Source: Polyangiaceae bacterium
GTDB taxonomy: Bacteria; Myxococcota_A; Polyangia; Polyangiales; Polyangiaceae
Direction of reading: 5' to 3'
NCBI GenBank assembly: GCA_041389725.1
Contig: JAWKRG010000003.1
Coordinates: 1,222,877 to 1,286,876 of the forward strand
DNA: 64,000 bases
Below, piece after piece: positions 8,843 through 17,579 of this stretch. A program made the translations under genes and the position numbers. Each line of letters opens with the position of its first letter. The stretch's first letter is position 1. Below the pieces are notes generated by a model, which had not been told where the DNA came from, did no database searches, and saw nothing but the letters and a program-made list of their open reading frames with translations.

Positions 8843-11053
8843 TCAAGGGCGCTGCGCCAAGATGATGATGCGCGGCGAGCTGGCACCGAAGAACACACCC
8901 GGCGTCGCAGGGTGTCCGCTTGCTTCGGTCACTCGAAACCCGACGTCGTGCAGCAGCTTGCCCAGCTCATGTAGACCGTAGAGGCGAATGGAGTAGTTGC
9001 ACTCCATGCTCCGCCCATCGTCGAGAATCAAAGAACGCTTCACCCGCAGGCGGCTGGTGATGAAGTCGACGTTCATGTCGTCCATACACACGCACGCGTC
9101 GCCTTCGAACCAGGTCTGACCTGGCTGGTGCGCAACCACGAAGTCGCGGTTTGCAACGTCCAAGAGGAACATCCCGCCCGGACGCAGCGCACGAAAGATG
9201 CGCTGCGCAACGTTGAAGTTCTTCTCTTCTTCGAAGTAGCCAAAGCTGGTGTTCCAACAGTAGATGCCATCGAACATCTCTTCGAAGGCCATTTCCCGCA
9301 TGTCCCCCTGAAGCAGGTTCAGCTTTTGGCCCGAGTTCTGCGCGACGTCCGCGGCCAGCGCTAGTTGATGCAGCGAAAGGTCGTAGCCGACGACTCCGTA
9401 GCCGCGCCGAGCCAGATCGACGGCGTGGTACCCAGCACCGCAGCCCAGATCCAACACCACCCCGCCTTTCGCGATGCCCAAGGACTCCTCGATGAAGTCG
9501 GCCTCGTGTGTGACCTGAGTCTCGCTGAGAATGCCGACGGCACGGGAGAAATCCTCGCCGAACAGCTCCTCCCACCATGCGCGCCGGACGCGCTTGTCAT
9601 CGAGGCCGGACGCGCGCCTCGCTTCTTCCGCCGCCTTGCGCGCCTCCGCCTTCTGTTGAGCGGCGCGCCGTGCATCCTCGAATGCGCTGCGGCGCGGTGG
9701 CGGTGGCGGCTTGGCTCCGCCTTCCGTCAGATCTCCCGCCGGCACGTCGCTGGCTTCGCTCGCGCCCTCCATGTCGATGGCAACGTCGATGTCATGCTCT
9801 TCCGCGTCGTCTGCATTCTCTGCAACGTCCGCATCGGCAAGCTCGACGGGGCCGCTCGCCGGGGTCTCGTCGGATTCCGGCGAGATATCGTCGTCCGTGA
9901 GCTCCTCGGCGCCTTCCAGCTCTTGCGGGGTAGCAGGCGCGGCCACGGGGGGAACCTCCGCTGGCGCGACTGGCGGCGGCGTGCTCGGGACCCGATCGGC
10001 GTCGCGCTGGTCCGGCGGGGCAGGCTCTTCGGCCCCGCTGGGCGGCGGAGCGCTCCTGCGAGCCTGAATGATGCGGGCAGCTTTCACGGGCTTCGAGGGC
10101 GCCGGCTCTTCGACAGGGGGCGGCGGGTAGGACGTGGCCGCGGAAGGGGGCGGCGGCTCTTCGCTTGCTTCAACGCTGGCCGATACTGCAGCAATGCGCG
10201 CGAGATCCTGCTCCATGTCCTCTCGCGTCAGCGGCGGCCAGGGGGATTCTTGCTTGGCATCGGCCTGCGGATCGGGCGGCTGCGACGAAGCCCTCGGCGG
10301 CTCCGATGCGACGCGCGGCGGTTCCGATACTGCGCGTGGAGGTTCCGACACCGCGCGTGGAGGTTCCGATACCGCGCGTGGAGGTTCCGATACCGCGCGT
10401 GGAGGTTCCGATACCGCGCGCGGAGGTTCCGATGCTGCGCGCGGCGGTTCCGATACTGCGCGTGGAGGTTCCGACACTGGACGCGGGGGCTCCGACACTG
10501 GACGCGGGGGCTCCGACACTGGACGTGGAGGCTCCGATGCGACGCGCGGCGGATCCGACATGGGGCGTGGCGGTGAGGACACCGGACGCGGCGGCGCCGA
10601 CACCGGGCGCGGGGGGACGGAGCCTGGACGAGGAGGCTCCGAGCCCGGGGCGGGCGCGGCAGCGCGAAGCGCTTGTGCGGCTTCCTCTGGAAGATCGATG
10701 CGGGGCGTACGTGGAGGGCGCAACGACTCGGGTTCGATCTCCTCCGCCTCGTCGTCGTCGTCGGGTCGCAAACTCGCGCGCGCAACCGGTGTTTGAGGTA
10801 TCGTGTTGCGTCGCGGCCGCTTCTTGCGCGGGGGTGGTCCACTGATCGGCTTGTTTGGAACCGTCTCCAACGGGTCGTCGACGTGGACTTCTACCTCTTC
10901 CTCCTCGACCTCGATGTCGTCTTCCATGTCCGGCGGCGGGAGTTCGCTGAGCCTGGGCTCAGGGGGCGCAGACGATGTCCGCGGAGGGGGATCCGAAGAG
11001 ATATCGGGGATCTCCGGCGGCGCCTCGTCGTCCAATTCGTGCTCGTCGCTCAT
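8843..11053 (-). CDS. class I SAM-dependent methyltransferase with ~500-aa disordered Pro/Glu/Ala/Ser-rich N-terminal region
   Basis: C-terminal MTase fold ([38 protein letters not shown]); N-terminus acidic and Pro-rich with ~16 tandem SEPPR[PA]V heptads; ATG 11051-11053 overlaps the psd stop (ATGA). Confidence 0.7.
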   Translation of the reverse strand: MSDEHELDDEAPPEIPDISSDPPPRTSSAPPEPRLSELPPPDMEDDIEVEEEEVEVHVDDPLETVPNKPISGPPPRKKRPRRNTIPQTPVARASLRPDDDDEAEEIEPESLRPPRTPRIDLPEEAAQALRAAAPAPGSEPPRPGSVPPRPVSAPPRPVSSPPRPMSDPPRVASEPPRPVSEPPRPVSEPPRPVSEPPRAVSEPPRAASEPPRAVSEPPRAVSEPPRAVSEPPRAVSEPPRAVSEPPRVASEPPRASSQPPDPQADAKQESPWPPLTREDMEQDLARIAAVSASVEASEEPPPPSAATSYPPPPVEEPAPSKPVKAARIIQARRSAPPPSGAEEPAPPDQRDADRVPSTPPPVAPAEVPPVAAPATPQELEGAEELTDDDISPESDETPASGPVELADADVAENADDAEEHDIDVAIDMEGASEASDVPAGDLTEGGAKPPPPPRRSAFEDARRAAQQKAEARKAAEEARRASGLDDKRVRRAWWEELFGEDFSRAVGILSETQVTHEADFIEESLGIAKGGVVLDLGCGAGYHAVDLARRGYGVVGYDLSLHQLALAADVAQNSGQKLNLLQGDMREMAFEEMFDGIYCWNTSFGYFEEEKNFNVAQRIFRALRPGGMFLLDVANRDFVVAHQPGQTWFEGDACVCMDDMNVDFITSRLRVKRSLILDDGRSMECNYSIRLYGLHELGKLLHDVGFRVTEASGHPATPGVFFGASSPRIIILAQRP
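10296..10645 (-). repeat. about 16.5 tandem copies of a 21-bp in-frame coding repeat (heptad SEPPR[PA]V)
   Basis: Unit ggttccgataccgcgcgtgga on the plus strand repeats with point variants; it translates in the gene frame to [21 protein letters not shown]. Confidence 0.9.
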
Positions 11054-11874
11054 GCCACCCTGAGAAGCGATTGGCCATACAAGATGGGGCCGGTTTTTCG
11101 CACGATTTGCAGCCCCGGTTCCAGGAGCATCACGGCAGTGGACCCCAGGTGAAACATCCCGAGTTCATCGCCACGAGCGACGGAAGCGCGGGGTGAAAGC
11201 GCATGATCCCCGGCGGGCACTGCGGGTCCTGGCACCAAGGTCACACTGATGCGCCCCACGACGATCGCGCCGACCATGATCAGAGCCACGCGCCCGAGGC
11301 CCGGCGTGTCGATGTAGATCACGACGCGGTTGTTTCGCACGAACAAGCGCGGAACATGCCGCTCTCCGATCGAATTGACCGGAAACAAATCCCCCGGGAT
11401 GCCGCGCACCAGCCCCACGTCGCCGTCCACCGGGCAATGGACGCGATGATAGTCGCGAGGAGACAGGTAGACGACGGCGAAGCTTCCGCCGGCGAAGGGT
11501 GCAGCTTCTGTCGGACTCCCGAGTAGCTCGCCAACCTCGTAGGGCCGGCCCTTGACGAAGATCCGTCCAGAAGGTTCCACGGGGCCTGTCGACTCCAGAC
11601 GGCCGTCGGCCGGACTGACTACGGCATCTTCACTGACGGGTCGGGCGCCGGGCTTGAGCGGACGGGTGAAGAACTCGTCGAAGCTGGCGTAGGGCCCGCC
11701 GCGCGCCGCGACTTCTTCCATGTTCACGTCGTACGCACGGGAGTAGGCGCGCTCCACGATCCGGGAGACACGCGGAGACAACTCGCTCTCACAAAGCTTA
11801 CCCACCGCGTGGCTCAATCGAACCCGTGGCAAGGCGCGCAGAAGCTGAGCTGCAGCGAAGGTGGCAACACTCAC
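11050..11874 (-). CDS. psd: phosphatidylserine decarboxylase proenzyme
   Basis: Self-cleavage LGST motif ([15 protein letters not shown]); Psd core ([30 protein letters not shown]). Confidence 0.85.
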   Translation of the reverse strand: MSVATFAAAQLLRALPRVRLSHAVGKLCESELSPRVSRIVERAYSRAYDVNMEEVAARGGPYASFDEFFTRPLKPGARPVSEDAVVSPADGRLESTGPVEPSGRIFVKGRPYEVGELLGSPTEAAPFAGGSFAVVYLSPRDYHRVHCPVDGDVGLVRGIPGDLFPVNSIGERHVPRLFVRNNRVVIYIDTPGLGRVALIMVGAIVVGRISVTLVPGPAVPAGDHALSPRASVARGDELGMFHLGSTAVMLLEPGLQIVRKTGPILYGQSLLRVA

Positions 11875-11937
11875 CGGACGTCTCGAGTTTTTAGCCGCAA
11901 GTCGGGCGGTTGATGGTAGGCGCCTGGCCCTAAAGGG

Positions 11938-13470
11938 TCAATTCTCCGTGGGTTTTCGTGCGCTTGCGCACAGGGCTTCCCAGGCAGGATCCCCCGAGAA
12001 GACCGGTGCTGGAGGCGATTTCTGGCCCGGAGCGGCCGGAAATCGCCCCAACCCCTTACAGGCCACCCACTCGGACAGGGGATCGAGCCCCAGCGCAGTA
12101 TCGAAGCTGGTCGCGGCACCCTTTTCCCCCTTGGCGGCCTGCTCGCGGCCCCGAAGGGCGAGCCACCCCCCGTGCGCCGTCTGCAGCGCCGCTACCTCGC
12201 CCAGCGTGGACCGGGCCTGCTCGGCATCCCCGACTCCGCGCCAGGACCGTGAGGCGCGAAAACGCAGAGCGCCATCCACGGGAAACGCCTTCATGGCGCG
12301 GTCGTGTTCCAGGGCCGCCGCCCGCAGATGGCCACGGGAGTAGGCCAGGTCGCCGAGGCGCACCAAGCGAGCCAAGTCCTTGGGGACCGCGGGCGTCTCA
12401 GCGCGGGCCTTGGGCGCCTCCATCTCTCGCAAGTGCTTCTGCCAGCGCAGATTCCAGGTGGATAGACCAAAGCCTGTCACGCTTTCCATGGCTGCGCTGG
12501 CGTCGCGAGTACCGATACCCTTCAAGTCGATTAGCAGCAGCGAGAGCGCAGGAAGTCCGTTCTGTTCGATCCAGTAGTTCATGAAGCTAGTGACTTCGGC
12601 AAAAGCGGTGCTCGCGGCTTCCGGCGTCGGTAGCATGGCGATGGACGGTCCGAGCTGGTCGATCCCAACGGAGCTGCCCGACAGCAGCGCACTGCGAGCA
12701 TGCGCCGTTGGATCGTAGCTATCGTCGAAGGGGCGCTCGTCTCGCCAGCGCGTTTCTTCACGCTTCGCAATTCCTTCCTGCAGCCACAGTGGGGCGAAGT
12801 CTCGGGTCGCGCGGGATAGCAGCAGGTGCGTGATCTCATGCGCCAGGGTGTCTTCCCAGGGGTAGCCCAATACCGTAGCGCGCGGAGTGATCATGGTGAC
12901 CCGTCCCCAGCGAGCCACTGCCACGGTTCCGGTGGTTTCTGCCGCTTCGACAGGAAGTCCCGACACGGCTGACAGGGAGAACAAGTCCCGCACCAAGTCG
13001 AGCCTCAAGGGCCGCGGCAACTCGACGCCAAGATCACGCCCGATCTGGTCGCGGGCGCGTACCGCGGCGCGGGTGAGGAACGGGACCAGGACGCGGTCTC
13101 GTTCGTCCTGCAACCGAATCCATATGCCGTTGACCTCGTCGTCGACCACCACGGAGCCGGCCGTCGCGCCCGCACAGCGCCGCGCCAAGTCCCCCAAGGC
13201 TTGCCCCTCCGGGGAGCCCGAGAAGGACGGAGCCGACAGGATTGCCGCCGCCGAATCACAGTCCCCCAAGTAGATCGCGAGGCGCGCACGTTCGAAGGAG
13301 AGCCCGGGCGTTTCTGCCTGTGCGCGAGATAGTAGTTCCTTGGCGCGGACCACATCGAGCTCGGTGATGGCGTCGGAAATCGCTTGCACGCTGGGTGCAG
13401 CTCGAGCGCGAGGAGCGATCAGCAGACCCGGGAGCAGCGCCGCGAGTGCAAATAGCGGTGCGAGTCTCAT
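11938..13470 (-). CDS. secreted gluzincin-like metallopeptidase (HExxH...E) with TPR-like C-terminal region
   Basis: Signal peptide MRLAPLFALAALLPGLLIAPRARA; HEITHLL followed 24 aa later by EGIAKRE; 4-bp overlap with the upstream gene. Confidence 0.65.
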   Translation of the reverse strand: MRLAPLFALAALLPGLLIAPRARAAPSVQAISDAITELDVVRAKELLSRAQAETPGLSFERARLAIYLGDCDSAAAILSAPSFSGSPEGQALGDLARRCAGATAGSVVVDDEVNGIWIRLQDERDRVLVPFLTRAAVRARDQIGRDLGVELPRPLRLDLVRDLFSLSAVSGLPVEAAETTGTVAVARWGRVTMITPRATVLGYPWEDTLAHEITHLLLSRATRDFAPLWLQEGIAKREETRWRDERPFDDSYDPTAHARSALLSGSSVGIDQLGPSIAMLPTPEAASTAFAEVTSFMNYWIEQNGLPALSLLLIDLKGIGTRDASAAMESVTGFGLSTWNLRWQKHLREMEAPKARAETPAVPKDLARLVRLGDLAYSRGHLRAAALEHDRAMKAFPVDGALRFRASRSWRGVGDAEQARSTLGEVAALQTAHGGWLALRGREQAAKGEKGAATSFDTALGLDPLSEWVACKGLGRFPAAPGQKSPPAPVFSGDPAWEALCASARKPTEN

Positions 13471-16307
13471 CTCAGCAACCCCTCTGCGTAGCGACGCACT
13501 GCCGGTGAGAGACTTGGGTCCCCGGGCTTGGCCAGGCCGCGCAGCACACGCCGGCGGAACTCCTCCGCATCTTGGCCGTTGCCCTTCTGCGGCACTTCCC
13601 CGCCTGTGCGGATGCCGTCTTTGCCGTCGGACTTCGAGGGCGTCTTGTCCCCGCGGGCGTCGTCGGCATCCGTCGTCTGCCCGCGATCCGACTGCTCCAG
13701 TAGTCGCTGCGCCTGGCGCTGGAGCTCCAGCGCGCGATCGCCGTTGCCGTCCACCAAGGCTTTGGCGGCGTCGCGCATCAACTGTTCGGCGCGCTCCAGC
13801 GCGTCCAAGGCATCCGACGGCAGTGCCGTTTCGCCGCTCTTGCCCCGGGACGCGAGGTTTCCTGCGCGACGCGCTAGCTCCTGCTCGCGCCCCCCGCTCT
13901 TGCTCAACTCACCGCGCGCCTTTTGCTGTGCGGCCGCTTTCATGCGGTCGAGCTGTTGCTGCGCCCACGCCAGCTCGGACTCGATGCGCCGACGCGCATC
14001 CTTCAACGCTGCGTCGTCGAGCCAGTCTGCAGGGCTCTGCGGCTGCGCCGCGCGCTGCTCGGCGTCCTTCAAGGCACTGACGGCGTCGCGCCCGCTGCGA
14101 ACCGCATCTGCTAGACGCAGTCGTTCCAAGGACTGCGCCATGGACCCCGCGTGCTCGCGCCCGAGGGAAGCGGAGGCTCGCGCCGATCCGGGTTCGTCAC
14201 CAGACTGCGGTAGCCCCGCCAGCGCTTCACGCAACTTCATCGCGCGTTCACGCGCCTCCGCTTCCAAGTCGCCGAGAGAAACCTCCTTCTCGGCTTTGTC
14301 GAGAGCCTGCTCGACGCCTTCGATCTCGCGTGCGTGTTCGGACGCCAACTGTTCCAACTCACCAGCGAGCTGATTGAAGCGGCGATCCGCTCCCGACACT
14401 TCCCCGCTACCGGGTGCGGGCATGCCGGGCGCTCCCGACTCGACCCCACCACGCCGCGCGCTGCCGAAGGACGGATTGGGACGTGACAGACGGGCAGCAA
14501 GATGCTTCGCCGCCAGCTCGGCGTGGAACAGATCATCACGGGCGCGACTGCGCTTGATTCGACCCAAGTCTGCTTCGGTCACGGAGCCCAGGTCCTTGCC
14601 CAGGGGACCCAAGGCGGAGAGATTGCGCCCGCCGCTGGCAAGAGCAGCGATCGCCGAGTCCAGGCGAGCCACTCCCAATTGCCGCCGCTCGCTCTCCCGT
14701 GCTTGCTTGGCGCCGCCTTCAGCCTCCTCCGCCACACTCGCCAAGCGCTTCGACACGGCCACGGCGTCACGACTGGCGAGGCCGCCGAGCGCTACCTCCA
14801 CCGCCAAGAGCACGTCCTCGGTGCGCCGCTCGAGGGACTCGCCGGCTCGCGGCGTCCGCTCCAGGATCCTCATCTGACCGAGCAGATATGCGCTGAGACC
14901 GCTGCTGACGGTCGCGCCCCCATACACGCCGTCGACGGCTTCCTTCATCGCAGCGGTTGCAGCAAGCGTCAGCGTCTTCGTGCGCTCGCTACGCTCCTTG
15001 GGGGAAAGGCCATCCTGCGGCGCAGCTTGGTGCGCGAGGAGATCGATCACCTTGTCCCGAGCGCCGGTGAGCGCCAAGTAGCGCTGTGCTTCGGGCTCAC
15101 CGACGGCCGGAGGCAACAAGGTGATGGCTTCGCTCACACCCCATTGGTTGTTCGCAGAGGGGTTGTCGTCACGCGCCTCGATCGTGAGAATCACCGGCAA
15201 GAACATGCGGCGCAGCCAGGGGTCACGCGTTGGCAAGGCGTGACCGCCGCGCTCCAGGACGCTGGTTCCGTCCAGGCGGAGCAGGCTGCGTCGCTCCTCT
15301 TGTCCGCCAGCGCGCATGACCAAATCCACTTGGCGCAGGCCGTGGTCGTCGTGCGCCTCGTAGCGGAGTTCCACGCGGGGAACATCGGCGAGCTTCAGGG
15401 TCTTCGGAGCCCCTTCCAACTTGACGACGGGCGTCTCGTCGACCAGGGCCTCGATGCTGACGGGCGTCGGGTCCTGGATCAAGACCTTGCCGAAACGAGC
15501 TGCGACCGTCAGCTCCGTGCTTCGCTCGAGAGTCCAGCGGGCCACCAAGCCTCCTGCGCCATCCGCAGTGAACTCGACTTGGCTTTCACCGTCGGTCAGT
15601 ACCAGGTTTCTTCCTTCGTGCTCTGGAACCCCGCGCACCGTGAGCACCGAGCCTTGGGGCAACGAGCTCGTCAAGCCTGGAAGCAGCGAGCGCTCGGGTT
15701 GACGCAGGTAGGAGGGAGGCTGAGAGCGAACCCGCATTTCGCTCAGCCACGGAATATCGATGGGCGCTTTTCCCTTCCACGCCAAAGCGACGTCCAACCC
15801 TTCCACCACTCGCAGCGGTCCCCATGCCAGCCCGGAGAGAGCTGCCACCACCACCAACAGGGTCGCCCAGCGAAACCGATCCGCAAGCCGACGCGACGCC
15901 CGCGTCACCGCATCCTCGCTGATCCCCGACAAGCTGCGATCGAAGTGCAGCCGCGCCAACTCGGCGGAACCCACACTCGGATCGCGATGTGCGCGCTCCA
16001 CCAGGGAAAGAGCACGCAGGGCCTTGCCCGCTCGTTCGGGGTTCGTCCCCCACACGATGCGCCGAAGCGCACGGCGCGCTTGGGCCCAGTCGCGGCGCTC
16101 GCGCCAGGCATATCCGGCAAAGAGCAGCACGACGAGCACGAGGCCGAGGGCGAACAGGGATCGCCCGAGCACCGTACCCAGGCGCGCCAAGTGAGCGCCT
16201 CCGAAGACGGCGAGCAGCAGCAATCCGAAGAGCAACTGCCGCGTCGACGTCGACACGTGGGTGCGCGAGATGGTGGCGAGGCGCCCGAGGAGCGAGGGTC
16301 CGTCCAA
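13467..16307 (-). CDS. large membrane-anchored coiled-coil protein, unknown function
   Basis: 946 aa; N-terminal TM helices; long Ala/Glu/Arg-rich coiled-coil C-terminal half; first gene of the minus-strand operon ending with psd and the methyltransferase. Confidence 0.65.
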   Translation of the reverse strand: MDGPSLLGRLATISRTHVSTSTRQLLFGLLLLAVFGGAHLARLGTVLGRSLFALGLVLVVLLFAGYAWRERRDWAQARRALRRIVWGTNPERAGKALRALSLVERAHRDPSVGSAELARLHFDRSLSGISEDAVTRASRRLADRFRWATLLVVVAALSGLAWGPLRVVEGLDVALAWKGKAPIDIPWLSEMRVRSQPPSYLRQPERSLLPGLTSSLPQGSVLTVRGVPEHEGRNLVLTDGESQVEFTADGAGGLVARWTLERSTELTVAARFGKVLIQDPTPVSIEALVDETPVVKLEGAPKTLKLADVPRVELRYEAHDDHGLRQVDLVMRAGGQEERRSLLRLDGTSVLERGGHALPTRDPWLRRMFLPVILTIEARDDNPSANNQWGVSEAITLLPPAVGEPEAQRYLALTGARDKVIDLLAHQAAPQDGLSPKERSERTKTLTLAATAAMKEAVDGVYGGATVSSGLSAYLLGQMRILERTPRAGESLERRTEDVLLAVEVALGGLASRDAVAVSKRLASVAEEAEGGAKQARESERRQLGVARLDSAIAALASGGRNLSALGPLGKDLGSVTEADLGRIKRSRARDDLFHAELAAKHLAARLSRPNPSFGSARRGGVESGAPGMPAPGSGEVSGADRRFNQLAGELEQLASEHAREIEGVEQALDKAEKEVSLGDLEAEARERAMKLREALAGLPQSGDEPGSARASASLGREHAGSMAQSLERLRLADAVRSGRDAVSALKDAEQRAAQPQSPADWLDDAALKDARRRIESELAWAQQQLDRMKAAAQQKARGELSKSGGREQELARRAGNLASRGKSGETALPSDALDALERAEQLMRDAAKALVDGNGDRALELQRQAQRLLEQSDRGQTTDADDARGDKTPSKSDGKDGIRTGGEVPQKGNGQDAEEFRRRVLRGLAKPGDPSLSPAVRRYAEGLLR

Positions 16308-16394
16308 GAGGCGACAAGCCTACCCTGCAACGGGGATTTGTCCCACGACTTGCCATCGGGCTGCCCTGCACCAAATGATAAGCTGTCTGTCCTG

Positions 16395-17159
16395 TTGTCT
16401 CCTCTGACGCGAACGCTGCTCTCCCTACAAGAGCTCCAGCTACGCCTGGGCTGGTTGGAGGAACAGCTGGGGCGCTGGTCGGCCCGGCGCGCGGCCGACG
16501 TCTTGAACGACCTGTGTGAGCAGAGCGAGCGCTCCGACCCCTCGGCGCGAGAGGCGCTGCTGTCCGTCGCCATTCTGTTCGCGTCGCGGCACGACATTCC
16601 CGCGCTCGCCCGGCTGCGAGAGGAAGCAGTCGGACGACGGCTGCTCGCTTTGGAGCGCTTGGTGCGGCTGGGACCTCCCCCGGTGATGCTGGAACGCGCA
16701 CCAGACCAGCTCCCGGTCCCGGACTACGGCACGGGCCGTGAACTCACCCTTGGCGAACGGCGAAGCCTCGCCCGCCGCCCCGATCGCCGAGCCTTCGACA
16801 AGCTGCTCGCCGACCCGCACCCGATGGTCATCGGTCAACTGCTGATGAACCCGAAGCTCGTGGAAGCGGATGTCGTTCGCCTGGTCGCCCGGCGTCCTGC
16901 CCGCACCGAGGTGAGCTTCGAGGTGGCAAAGAATCCACGCTGGCTCGCTCGTGCACGCGTGCGCCTGGCGCTCGTGCTCAATCCCGGCTCCCCCCCGGAG
17001 GTGTGCATGCCGCTGCTGTGCGTGTGCCGGCGCACGGACTTGCTCGAGGTGTTGAAGAGCACCGACATTTCGCAGACCCTTCGTGGCACCGCGGTCGAGC
17101 TGCTAGAGAAGCGTCCGCCCCTGCGCGAAGTGGACGAAGCCGATCGCATCCTGCAGTAG
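16395..17159 (+). CDS. hypothetical protein (about 250 aa)
   Basis: High-GC3 3' portion of the 14502-17159 ORF, downstream of the divergent gene start at 16307; start codon uncertain (TTG 16395 or TTG 16338; no in-frame ATG until about 16690). Confidence 0.45.
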   Translation: MSPLTRTLLSLQELQLRLGWLEEQLGRWSARRAADVLNDLCEQSERSDPSAREALLSVAILFASRHDIPALARLREEAVGRRLLALERLVRLGPPPVMLERAPDQLPVPDYGTGRELTLGERRSLARRPDRRAFDKLLADPHPMVIGQLLMNPKLVEADVVRLVARRPARTEVSFEVAKNPRWLARARVRLALVLNPGSPPEVCMPLLCVCRRTDLLEVLKSTDISQTLRGTAVELLEKRPPLREVDEADRILQ

Positions 17160-17259
17160 CAGCGTCACGGGGTCTCGACTCGAGCGTTCTTTCCGTGCTG
17201 TTTTCGCCGCGGAACAGCCGCCACCGCAACTCGGACAGATCCGCCTCGAGTCGAGCGAG

Positions 17260-17520
17260 TCAGCCCTCTTCTTCTTCGTCGCTGATCCACTTGAGGATGG
17301 CACCGAGCGCGATGCGCTCGCCGCATTCATCACACAGAGGCGGTTCCTCGTAGCGAACTTCGTCGCCGCGAGTCCAGACGAAGAGGCCCGCACCCCCGGG
17401 GTGACCCTCGAAGGACTTGCCGCACCCGTCGCAGTCATAGCGCCGCAGTGGCGTTTCCTCCACGACGGGTTCGACGTCGGGGGTCGAGCATGCCTCGGCT
17501 GGAAAACGCGAAACCGTCAT
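17260..17520 (-). CDS. small zinc-ribbon protein
   Basis: CDGCGK...CDECGE (two CxxC pairs); 86 aa; acidic C-terminus; 60 bp downstream of the HdrD/HdrE-like gene. Confidence 0.5.
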   Translation of the reverse strand: MTVSRFPAEACSTPDVEPVVEETPLRRYDCDGCGKSFEGHPGGAGLFVWTRGDEVRYEEPPLCDECGERIALGAILKWISDEEEEG

Positions 17521-17579
17521 CCGCAGTCAGTATATCTCGCTGCGAGACGGACGCGACCCAGGCCGTGCCCCGAACCGCA

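Noticed and set aside
10296-10645. Possible CRISPR array
   Set aside because: The units are strictly tandem with no spacers, are 21 bp long, and translate in frame as heptads within a gene.
10720-10745. tRNA-like T-loop motif (gggttcgatctcc)
   Set aside because: No acceptor or anticodon stems can be built around it. It lies inside a coding region.
14502-17159. 885-aa ORF on the plus strand
   Set aside because: Its first ~620 codons are antisense to the 13467-16307 gene and begin inside it. Only the 3' third, after the divergent gene start at 16307, is kept as a possible real gene (16395-17159).
17172-17258. Inverted repeat ctcgactcgag ... ctcgagtcgag between convergent genes
   Set aside because: The 11-bp arms are separated by a ~58-nt loop. 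It is unlikely to be an efficient terminator and may only reflect XhoI-like palindromic sequence.
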